NCBI GenBank assembly: GCA_963701075.1
Contig: OY969559.1
Location: 768,001 to 832,000, forward strand
Reading direction: 5' to 3'
Length of the DNA stretch: 64,000 bases
Source of the DNA: an uncultured Nitrososphaerota archaeon
Lineage (GTDB): Archaea; Thermoproteota; Nitrososphaeria; Nitrososphaerales; Nitrosopumilaceae
Position numbers and translations under genes: made by a program. Below are positions 30,656 through 38,973 of the stretch, piece by piece (the first letter of the stretch is position 1; the number at the start of each line of letters is the position of its first letter). Below the pieces are notes generated by a model. The model saw nothing but the letters and a program-made list of their open reading frames with translations, did not search any database and was not told the origin of the DNA.

Positions 30656-30826
30656 CTAGCCAATAATGCAAAGTTCACAGTCGCAGGAAATCTTGCTATC
30701 TTCCTTGGAAAGACACTTTGAATGCTGTCCTGCCTGGCATTGAACGCATATGGCATCCGTATTCTTTAGATCAGAGTACTTTTTTCCTCCGTCAAATCCA
30801 AAGCCTCCATCTCTTGGTCCTACCAT
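30656..30826 (-). CDS. 56-aa Cys-rich micro-protein (below cutoff)
   Basis: MVGPRDGGFGFDGGKKYSDLKNTDAICVQCQAGQHSKCLSKEDSKISCDCELCIIG*; 6 Cys and 1 His. Confidence 0.65.
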   Translation of the reverse strand: MVGPRDGGFGFDGGKKYSDLKNTDAICVQCQAGQHSKCLSKEDSKISCDCELCIIG

Positions 30827-30922
30827 GATTCACTGTACCACAACAAGTATTTTAGACCTCGTAAATAGACAGAAAAGAAATTCTATGTTTTATCGTACTG
30901 GCATTAAAAAAATCAAATTATA

Positions 30923-30998
30923 TGCTCCCGCCGGGATTTGAACCCGGGATCACTGCCTTGAGAGGGCAGTATGCTTAGCCGGACTACACCACAGGAGC
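30923..30998 (-). tRNA. tRNA-Glu(CTC)
   Basis: Reverse complement GCTCCTG...CTGCC CT CTC AA GGCAG...GGTTCAAATCC...CGGGAGC-A folds as a cloverleaf. Confidence 0.95.
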
Positions 30999-31118
30999 TA
31001 TCTTAACGCCATAAGAGATAGCAATTTAAAGGCTGGCTTGATTTGATGGTAAGAAAACTGACTTTGTAAAAATATGTGGTATGATCTAACACATAAAATC
31101 TAAACCGAATTTGGCTAC

Positions 31119-31670
31119 CTATCTTTTTTTATATATGTACCGAGCTATGAGCACAATTGCAATAGCCAATAGTCCTATGAAGATGAAGATGGGCAAGAGA
31201 AGATAAATCAAATTAAGAACCTGGAACGACGGTGACGAAACAAAAACAGTGAACTTTGAAACGTCTATTGAAGTGGGAGTGTCTACACGCAAGAAAATCT
31301 CATAGAGACCTCCTGTTGGAAATGTGTATCTTTGAGAAAAATCGCCATTTGCCTCTTTACTTTCGATTTCGCTAATAGTGCTATTTGATGATGAACTATT
31401 AGTAATTGTTATTCTAGCAGTAAAATTTTGAAAGTCCTGACCAGTTTGTAAATTTTGAACACTAAACATTAACGTAGACATGTTTCCTGCTATGGGCGTA
31501 TGAGGATCAGTATCGAATTGAACTAGAAAGTTTTCTCTTTGATTTTTCCACTCTTGAAAGTTATATCCGTAAAGATTCCCATAGGATGGTAAAATAGGCA
31601 CAAAAAATATACTCAAAAGAAGCACAAATCCTGATATCTTGATCCAATTAGTCTGAGATGGTATTTTCAA
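31119..31670 (-). CDS. secreted membrane-anchored Ig-like (YtkA-like) protein
   Basis: N-terminal hydrophobic helix, NGDFSQRYTFPTGGLYEIFLRV, C-terminal TM followed by KKR. Confidence 0.7.
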   Translation of the reverse strand: MKIPSQTNWIKISGFVLLLSIFFVPILPSYGNLYGYNFQEWKNQRENFLVQFDTDPHTPIAGNMSTLMFSVQNLQTGQDFQNFTARITITNSSSSNSTISEIESKEANGDFSQRYTFPTGGLYEIFLRVDTPTSIDVSKFTVFVSSPSFQVLNLIYLLLPIFIFIGLLAIAIVLIARYIYKKR

Positions 31671-31828
31671 TCGATAATCCTAATAGAGTATCTGGTCATA
31701 TATTGTAGTATGATTTTAGTTAAATTTTCAATATGTATGACTAGAATCAGTATTGACAAAAGATGTTTTTAAGACAAATTTGGGAATTGTATGTTGGGAT
31801 ATTAAGGGGCATTACATATTACATATAA

Positions 31829-32443
31829 GTGAAAATAAAAAAATTACTAGTACCAATACTTTTCTGTCTCTTGATTGTTCTTACATTCAATAATGTCAAC
31901 GCATATCAGCCATTTGCATACAAGATAGCTGGAAGTATTTTTGGAGATCTAAACTGGGAGCCAGAACCGTTAACCTCTGATTCTGAAGCAATAGGAAATT
32001 ATGAAGTAGTACTTGTAACAGATCCGTTCACCCCTTATGTAAACCAGACCACCCATATGCAATTAAAAGTCTTTAACTACAATGAGGGACCTTATGGGGA
32101 TAAATCAAACTATGCTTCAATTGGCGTCAATCACTTCCTAATGGGACTCAGGATATACTATAACGATCAGCTTGTAGATACAATTCCTCCCACACTACAC
32201 AAAGGGGATTCGTGGAGCTTTGACTATGTATTTGCCAAATCAGGAAATCATGTGTTAAAAGTGGATCTTTATAACATAGATAAAGACGATAACTTGGAAA
32301 CCTACATCTTTAACGTTCCAGTATTGACAAGCTATGGCCCAATTTTTTCCTATCTTATGGTTGCGGCCAGTGTAGCAGTTGCATCAATTCTTATTTGGAT
32401 GAAGATCTCAATGTCAAAGCAGAAGAGACTATCTAAGATATAA
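31829..32443 (+). CDS. secreted membrane-anchored Ig-like (YtkA-like) protein
   Basis: Signal peptide, TDP.TP, SFDYVFAKSGNHVLKVDL, C-terminal TM and basic tail. Confidence 0.7.
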   Translation: MKIKKLLVPILFCLLIVLTFNNVNAYQPFAYKIAGSIFGDLNWEPEPLTSDSEAIGNYEVVLVTDPFTPYVNQTTHMQLKVFNYNEGPYGDKSNYASIGVNHFLMGLRIYYNDQLVDTIPPTLHKGDSWSFDYVFAKSGNHVLKVDLYNIDKDDNLETYIFNVPVLTSYGPIFSYLMVAASVAVASILIWMKISMSKQKRLSKI

Positions 32444-32478
32444 TGAAACAAAATTTAAAGTCACATCAAAAAACATCT

Positions 32479-33048
32479 TTATTCTATAAATGTAATTTCA
32501 GCATTGACTAGGTATTTTTTGGGTATCTTGTATACTACAGTATTTTCTGTAATCTCAAATGTCACGGGGCACTCAAGCTGCCTGAACCCATATTCATAAA
32601 ACGTCTTCCAATGCAATGAGCATTTTATGCCCATTCCATGTTTGATTACAAATGTCACAAAGTTTTTGCCCTCGATCTGACTAAATCCAAAACCCGCAGA
32701 TTTTGCTCGCAACCTCAGGATGGTTACCCATTCACGGACTCCAAAACTTCCAGTCATGGAAAAAGACATATCTCTTGCAATTGTATTTCCAGCCATCTTT
32801 GCAATATCTATGATTGTTTCTTCATCTAGATTGTCCAGAATGGTTGTAAGAACTGATCCTTCGACTGGAACCCATCCTGTTTTTGCTGACGATATGTCCC
32901 AGTTAATAGCATGTGAAAGTAATTGATTGACTACTGCATTTAGAGTATGTCTCTCAAAATTAGCATAGTTTTTTAATTTCTTCAGTGTTTTTGAATCTAA
33001 TCTAAAAGTAACAGTACAGGTATGCTGATTATCTAAACCATATTTCAC
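32479..33048 (-). CDS. ribbon-helix-helix regulator with C-terminal alpha/beta (V4R/HNOB-like) domain
   Basis: TVTFRLDSKTLKKL...TLNAVVNQLL (RHH); FVIKHGMG; paralogue of 33828 and 61857. Confidence 0.75.
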   Translation of the reverse strand: MKYGLDNQHTCTVTFRLDSKTLKKLKNYANFERHTLNAVVNQLLSHAINWDISSAKTGWVPVEGSVLTTILDNLDEETIIDIAKMAGNTIARDMSFSMTGSFGVREWVTILRLRAKSAGFGFSQIEGKNFVTFVIKHGMGIKCSLHWKTFYEYGFRQLECPVTFEITENTVVYKIPKKYLVNAEITFIE

Positions 33049-33072
33049 ATTAGTTCCATACCTTTCTTGTAA

Positions 33073-33492
33073 TTAATATCTGTGACACTCTGCCTGCTTT
33101 TTTATTAGCTGTAAAGCATGTTCTGCTTCAGATTGTAATTCCTCTAAAACACTTGCGGATTTGTCGCATGCAACTTCAAGTTTATAATTTATCTGAATTC
33201 TGATAATTACAATACCACCGTTGTCTATAATCATGATATCCTCTGTGCCAACAATAGGGCCTTTGGTCCACTGTATGTGGATTCCTTCTTTTGGAAATAG
33301 TGTTATCTTCTGCTGACATTTACTACCATTTGACAGGCGTATATCACGTGTTACTGTATTTCTATCTCTTGATATATTTTTGATACTGATAATATTTTTC
33401 CAATAATTTGGATCATTGTCTATTTTTGATATTATGTTCCATATCTTTTCAAAAGTAGCATTAACCTGTAGCATTATGTCGACCTCGACCAT
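33073..33492 (-). CDS. SRPBCC/START (polyketide cyclase-like) family protein
   Basis: MVEVD....VNA..EKIW.IIS.ID..P.YW; paralogue of 34423. Confidence 0.75.
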   Translation of the reverse strand: MVEVDIMLQVNATFEKIWNIISKIDNDPNYWKNIISIKNISRDRNTVTRDIRLSNGSKCQQKITLFPKEGIHIQWTKGPIVGTEDIMIIDNGGIVIIRIQINYKLEVACDKSASVLEELQSEAEHALQLIKKQAECHRY

Positions 33493-33528
33493 GTTGTATG
33501 ATCTGAAAACATGAAATAAATCCCTACA

Positions 33529-33543
33529 GTATACACTGCAATA
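33529..33543 (-). promoter_or_regulatory. conserved promoter motif TATTGCAGTGTATAC (copy 1)
   Basis: 7 bp upstream of ATTTAT (TATA box) and 37 bp from the ATG at 33492. Confidence 0.65.
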
Positions 33544-33643
33544 ATGCAACAAAATTCAAAACTAATGCTAATTGAAATATTGAGTATGGCCTTCCAAGTA
33601 CAGGACAACTTGGAAGGCTGGCATAAAGTTTAGATCTCACTAA

Positions 33644-33721
33644 TGGAGATGACCAATTTGTTCAAGGACTTCAATACATGATAACAAATGGCATAATCAA
33701 GATCAATTCCTAATCTTTACA
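33644..33721 (+). repeat. 78-bp perfect inverted repeat, left copy (orphan gene 3' end)
   Basis: Exact reverse complement of 35870-35947; encodes GDDQFVQGLQYMITNGIIKINS*. Confidence 0.92.
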
Positions 33722-33827
33722 AGCGCTAACTAGAATCTAGTCATAGCATTTTCACATACATTAGATAGTTTCCAAAGAAGAGAACTAGAAATATTAAAAG
33801 TCTACATAGTTTATCAATTCTGTAAGA

Positions 33828-34358
33828 TTGAGCCAACCATCCAAGAAAACGCTTACAATGACATTTCGGTTAGATGAGCAGATAATTAAAAAACTACGAC
33901 TTGAATCAGATAACCGCCAGATAAGCACAAACACGCTCGTAAATCAAGCCTTGAGGCGATTCTTGGAATGGGGCATGTTTGAGCCTACCGCAGGCTTTGT
34001 TATGATAAACAAGCCTGTTTTTTCAGAAGTCTTTGACAAGCTTACACAAAAAGAAATAGTTGACATAGCCTCTCGCGTTGGTAAAAACGAGGTAAGAGAC
34101 ATCGCATTATTTATGAAAGGAAATACCGATCTGTCGTCCTTTTTGTCATGGTTTGAAATACGAATGATAAATTCAGCTGTACAAGTAAGTCACTCAAATA
34201 ACGATGGCTTTCACACTTATGTGATGAAACATGACATTGGAAGGAATTGGTCAATATATCACAAGACCATTTTAGAATTGATCTTCCAAGAAGTTTTCAA
34301 TCAAAAAATCCCTGTAAAAGCTGATAAAAATACTATTTCATTCCAGTTTTTAGAATGA
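33828..34358 (+). CDS. ribbon-helix-helix regulator with C-terminal alpha/beta domain
   Basis: TMTFRLDEQIIKKLR.ES....ISTNTLVNQAL; YVMKHDIGRNWS.YHKTILE. Confidence 0.78.
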   Translation: MSQPSKKTLTMTFRLDEQIIKKLRLESDNRQISTNTLVNQALRRFLEWGMFEPTAGFVMINKPVFSEVFDKLTQKEIVDIASRVGKNEVRDIALFMKGNTDLSSFLSWFEIRMINSAVQVSHSNNDGFHTYVMKHDIGRNWSIYHKTILELIFQEVFNQKIPVKADKNTISFQFLE

Positions 34359-34372
34359 ATCTCCGTTTGCTG

Positions 34373-34387
34373 TATTACAGTGTATAC
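34373..34387 (+). promoter_or_regulatory. conserved promoter motif TATTACAGTGTATAC (copy 2)
   Basis: 7 bp upstream of ATTTAT and 36 bp from the ATG at 34423. Confidence 0.65.
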
Positions 34388-34422
34388 TCTATACATTTAT
34401 CCTGAATTTACTACTTTATCTC

Positions 34423-34899
34423 ATGGTTGAGATTGACGCAAGAATACAGATCAATGCACCACAAGAAAAGGTATGGAAGATAATATCAAAAATTGATAAT
34501 GATCTGGCGTACTGGAAAGGAGCAACGGGTATCAGAAATATATCAAAAGAACAAAATGTCATAACTAGATACGTGTTTCTTGGAAAAGATACCAAATGTC
34601 AACAGAGAGTGATCATCTTTCCAAAAGAAGGCGTTCACATAAAGTGGCTTAAAGGTCCAATCATGGGGGTAAAGGATATACTGCTTTCTGCGCATGGAAA
34701 TACAACTACGCTTGAGATTCAAATGAATTATACACTATCTGGTGTTGCAGGCCTATTTTCGAAAAACACTATAAAGGAGTTACAAAGTGAAGCAGAGCTT
34801 GCTTTGCAGTTGATAAAAGAAGAATCAGAGGGAATACAACAAAATCCCGTATTGGAAGAAAGAAGATTATGGGCAGATCTCATACATGACAAGAAATAA
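34423..34899 (+). CDS. SRPBCC/START family protein
   Basis: MVEIDARIQINAP.EKVW.IIS.ID....YW, KCQQ...FPKEG.HI.W.KGPI.G. Confidence 0.78.
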   Translation: MVEIDARIQINAPQEKVWKIISKIDNDLAYWKGATGIRNISKEQNVITRYVFLGKDTKCQQRVIIFPKEGVHIKWLKGPIMGVKDILLSAHGNTTTLEIQMNYTLSGVAGLFSKNTIKELQSEAELALQLIKEESEGIQQNPVLEERRLWADLIHDKK

Positions 34900-34980
34900 C
34901 AAGAAATAACACAAAATAAAGTTTAGACGTTATAATACTTAAATTGAAAAATACATCTCCAATCTATGAAAACAATGTTG

Positions 34981-35448
34981 TTAAGATGTTAGCGCCCCAT
35001 GAACAATATCTATCTCACCCTTCATCCATGGATGAACTTGACAGTAATACGGAATTTGAGCCTCTTGAGTAAACAAGAAGGTGTACTGTTTTCCAGGCAG
35101 TATTGCATCGGAACCAAAATCGCCACTGTAAGAGTCTTTGTAAGACTTATCAGGGGTGACATAATGTGCTGCAGTGTCATGGTTTGTCCATACTGCTAGG
35201 TTATCTACGCCAAGTTGTGCCTCTATCTTCTTTGGTACAAAGTTTTGTTCTTGATCTTGGTTTACTGATCCCTCAACAATTGTAATTTGGGTAGTCTGTC
35301 CAGGCTTTAGAATCTTTTCTGGTATGATTGGTTTTGCGTTGTACTCTGGCACATAATATAGTTGATAGTACCCTATCCCTATTGCAGACCCGACAATAAC
35401 TGCAATCAATCCAATTCCATATGCATGACTTGAGACAGGTATGTTCAT
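34981..35448 (-). CDS. membrane-anchored cupredoxin (type-1 blue copper protein)
   Basis: N-terminal TM, F.PK.I, WTNHD..AHYVT, YYCQVHPWMKG (His/Cys/His/Met ligands). Confidence 0.9.
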   Translation of the reverse strand: MNIPVSSHAYGIGLIAVIVGSAIGIGYYQLYYVPEYNAKPIIPEKILKPGQTTQITIVEGSVNQDQEQNFVPKKIEAQLGVDNLAVWTNHDTAAHYVTPDKSYKDSYSGDFGSDAILPGKQYTFLFTQEAQIPYYCQVHPWMKGEIDIVHGALTS

Positions 35449-35482
35449 TTTTGGTTCAAGATATATCGAATTTTTATAAAAA

Positions 35483-35791
35483 TCATGTCTTTTTTGCAAT
35501 CTCTTTTGGCAATTCGTTAGTGTAGATCTTTAGAAGGCACAGGTTGCTGGCATACCTCATTTCCCACCTACCGCACTTGCCTACAACATACTTTACATTT
35601 AACAAGTTTTGACAAACTAATCTATTGAGTTTTCTGTATGCAGTACTTTCTGCAATGTTGCACTCTGATATAACCTGCTGAGCTGACTTTGGCAAATCCC
35701 GTGTTGATTCCAGTATTGCTCTTGCATCTCTGTCCGATATAGCTTCAAAGGTTTCATCTTTATTTTTGAGATCAATAATTCTTTGTGCCGT
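35483..35791 (-). CDS. ArsR-like winged-helix regulator (start codon reads ACG)
   Basis: FEAISDRDARAILEST..PKSAQQVISEC.I.ESTAYRKL..L. The frame opens at ACG GCA CAA (35791); the ORF track starts it at TTG 35695. Confidence 0.7.
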   Translation of the reverse strand, partial: TAQRIIDLKNKDETFEAISDRDARAILESTRDLPKSAQQVISECNIAESTAYRKLNRLVCQNLLNVKYVVGKCGRWEMRYASNLCLLKIYTNELPKEIAKKT

Positions 35792-35828
35792 AAATTACAA
35801 AAGCACAAAATGAGAATAAATGTACAAG

Positions 35829-35843
35829 GTATACACTGCAATA
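35829..35843 (-). promoter_or_regulatory. conserved promoter motif TATTGCAGTGTATAC (copy 3)
   Basis: 7 bp upstream of ATTTAT and 38 bp from the ACG at 35791. Confidence 0.65.
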
Positions 35844-35869
35844 CAGACTCCTAGCGTCATACTAATGCC

Positions 35870-35947
35870 TGTAAAGATTAGGAATTGATCTTGATTATGC
35901 CATTTGTTATCATGTATTGAAGTCCTTGAACAAATTGGTCATCTCCA
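35870..35947 (-). repeat. 78-bp perfect inverted repeat, right copy
   Basis: 3' end of the 35878 gene; exact reverse complement of 33644-33721. Confidence 0.92.
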
Positions 35948-37423
35948 ATCTGTCCGCTGGCCCACCAACCTGCATTATTTTTAATCCATGCAGGAATTGG
36001 CTGAGTTCCTGATGTTGTGTTTGCGCTGCCGGACTGTGTGGGTATTTGTATTATTCCATGTTGTATCATGTATTGAAGTCCTTGAACAAATTGGTCATCT
36101 CCAATTTGTCCCTGTGACCACCACTTGGCATTGTTTTTGATCCATGCCGGAATTACCGTAGTTGGGGCTGCAGTGGAACTAGTGGTGTTCATCACCATAT
36201 TGGGCGGTGTTATGCTAGCTGTAGTGCTAGAGGAATTGGTGGTACTAGAACCTCCAAATGGCGGCAACGTATTGACTGTTATGTTTATTGAACCTGCTAG
36301 GCTTTCATCAGTAAGGCCAGATGCTGGTCCAGTGCCTGCAACATTGATTACGTAATTGGCTGATGGTGGAGGCTGGGTCTCTATGAAGATCTGCTCGTCA
36401 TCTCCTACCGCAGAGTATATGTCAGTCCTTCCAATACTTTGGGCAAGTGAACTAAGCTCATGGCCTTGGTTATCCACAGTATAGATATCATAGTGCACGT
36501 CTGAGATTTTTTGAGTTGCAGAATACACCTGTTCAAACGATATCCTCCAGTCCATGGGACATCCCTGGTGAGGCACAGATGGAGCGTAAAGATACTCTAT
36601 GGCAGCAGAATTAGAATCAGTGGTTTGGACATTATGAACAGAATCTGTGTTAAAGTTTGGTGTTGGACACTCTGGGCTTGATCCAAGCATTCCAGTTGAT
36701 TGGACATCCAGAAATGCTGGGGGTTGTTGACTGTTTCCATTTTCTAGCATGTTAAACTGAAACCCGATGGTAGGGGCTCCGCTTGTTTTAATCGCATACA
36801 CTTTGGCCTTTATCGGATAGGGCAGTGTTGGGTCGGCCCAGATATAGCCTGTCAATTCCGCTATCGCGAAAAGTGATAGTAGATGCCTGGAATGTGCCTG
36901 CTGGAACGGTAACAGTTTGCATTCCCACTGAACCTATTGTGGCCTCACCGAAAAGTCCAGCACGACCCCAGACCGGACTTAATATATCGATAGGAGAGGC
37001 TTGGGTTGAAAATGCATCAAGCCATCCCAAAGTAAGCTTGTAAAGGTTTGCATAATCTGCCATGTTAGGGTCATAAGATACAGGATCAGGAGTGACAAGT
37101 CCTATCGTAACTATGCCTTTCTGGATTATAGAACCGTCATGTACCACCATCTCCAAATTAAGATCGTTGCTTGTTTGGTTCTTTACCCAAAAATCCATCT
37201 CTACTAGCGCACCATTGTGCCAGTTTACGTCACCCAAGCTATATCTGTAGTAATCTCCTTGTTTTAGTCCCTCTCCTGGATACCACGTAGTTGCAAATGC
37301 ATTAGGAATGACCGTAAGAGTGCCAACTGTAATTATTGACGCCAACATGGCCGCTACCGCGAAAGAATTAATCTTTATGCCCAAACTATCTTTGATATAT
37401 TTTTGAGTACTAATAAACCTCAT
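35878..37423 (-). CDS. secreted protein with duplicated C-terminal IPxWIKNNAxWW domains (apparent +1 frameshift near 36850; start uncertain)
   Basis: Signal peptide ..PNAFA, WYPGEGLKQGDY, Ser/Thr linker, two IPAWIKNNA.WW..GQIGDDQFVQGLQYMI repeats (42 bp identical at 35908-35949 and 36064-36105). Confidence 0.75.
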
Positions 37424-37844
37424 TAAACTATGTTAATGGTTACGGATTTCGCAGCTTGCGGATGCCCTGTACGTATATTGTAGTTAAGATATATTTATGA
37501 AAACATTGAAGATGTATTTTTGTGCTGAAAGAAGGTATTTAGTTTATTATGCAATTCTCTTGATCGCTTGTTTTTACTGGAAACAGTGCCTTAATTTCTG
37601 CCACGCAAATAAAGAGTCCTATAAGGAATATTTGCTGTATCATCAGCTTTGCTATTTTCGTACATATCTATAACCCGAGATTTTTATCTGCTCTTTATTG
37701 AAATAAACAATATGCCAGAGCATAGCAGAATAACAGTTTTATAATTACTTTCCATGCCTGTCAAAGGGATGTTTTTCGATTCAATGTATTTGTAAATTTT
37801 AACAGCTTGGATACTTTATAGCAAAACCGACAATTGAAATTCTT

Positions 37845-38730
37845 GTGGACGTAAAAAAAATTCCAGAACTATTGTCACTATCCGAACATCCTGTAGGTTT
37901 TGGCGGATGCAGAAATAATGAATATCATCTTGATTGTTGTGAGTACAATATCAGCGTCTTCGATGACAAGTTAGGTGAATCAGTTCATGATCTTTCTGGA
38001 AACCTGATAAAACTACATCACTGTTCCCTCTCAGAGTCCAACGTTTCGATTTTAACTCAATTGGAAAACTTGACTATACTTTATGATGATCAGTGGAAGC
38101 TACGAATGTTTCTGGCAAAAATAAAGGAAAAGAAGGAAAAAATCCTAAATTCATACACACAAAGTCTGTCTTGTTGATGCAGGAATCTTTGCAAACAAAG
38201 CCAAGGAAGCAGTAAAAACTAATGATCCTTTTGCTGCAATATGGACAAAATGTGCTTCATATTTTCTCGCAGATGCACTATTCTCAATTAACTCAAAACG
38301 GCCTAGTCCTACTCACATGTTGGAAATAACTAGGAATCTGAAAAAAAACGAGATTAATCAAGCCTTTTCCGTAATACATCAAATACTTGGTGTGGAAAGG
38401 GCTTCCACCTCAGTTCTTCCAAGAATGGTGAAATCAACTATGGGATTTTCTGACATGGTTGAAAATAATGGTCACTCAAAGATCATCAAAAGAAAGTACG
38501 ATTATCTAGTTGAAAACTTGCTATTGTCTGATTGCTATTTCTATTTGGGGTACATAAACAGGAACAATATAGTGAAAATAAAAAACCAGATTCATAAAAA
38601 CCCGGAATATATCCATGTGTTAAAGGTAGCACTTGATATCGAAAGCGATCAACTGGTTGTAGACAAGCAAGCAAATGCACTATTACAAAGAGTAAATGAG
38701 CTTCTTGTGGATATAAAAGATCAAAAATAA
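37845..38730 (+). CDS. hypothetical protein, possible degenerate nucleotidyltransferase fold (apparent +1 frameshift near 38166)
   Basis: Removing one C joins both ORFs (TQSCLVDAG...); N-terminal VGFGGC...CEYNISVFD. Confidence 0.65.
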
Positions 38731-38793
38731 CACGCTGTGGTTTACTTGAATTTTTTTAATAACCTTTAAAACCCTGTAGGAGATCTTCCAGAT

Positions 38794-38937
38794 ATGACAG
38801 ACGCAGCATGTGGATGCGACTCAGCAATAGAAAACAAAACAGAATGCGATTGCGCAATGCAAGGCGAATGCTATTGTGACGCTAATTGTTCTTGCAAAGC
38901 ATCAGTTTGTAAGGAACAGGTAGCATCATTCAGATAG
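38794..38937 (+). CDS. metallothionein-like 47-aa Cys-rich protein
   Basis: MTDAACGCDSAIENKTECDCAMQGECYCDANCSCKASVCKEQVASFR*; 9 Cys, four CxC; TTTAAA at 38765-38770; oligo-T terminator; paralogue at 62830. Confidence 0.8.
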   Translation: MTDAACGCDSAIENKTECDCAMQGECYCDANCSCKASVCKEQVASFR

Positions 38938-38968
38938 GTTTTAACCCTTTTTTCTTTTATTTTTTATA
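38938..38968 (+). terminator. archaeal oligo-T terminator
   Basis: CCCTTTTTTCTTTTATTTTTT immediately after the TAG at 38937. Confidence 0.55.
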
Positions 38969-38973
38969 AAATA

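Noticed and set aside
28021-30998. Shared GCCGGGATTTGAACCCGGG in two tRNAs as attL/attR of an integrated element
   Set aside because: Both are complete tRNAs sharing an ordinary T-arm. The genes between them are core (rpl10e, endA) and there is no integrase.
33644-36105. Repeat copies of a gene 3' end as a diversity-generating retroelement TR/VR pair
   Set aside because: The copies are identical with no adenine-specific mismatches, and there is no reverse transcriptase in the window.
37430-37840. AT-rich gap with short ORFs
   Set aside because: No convincing coding pattern, repeat or RNA structure was seen.
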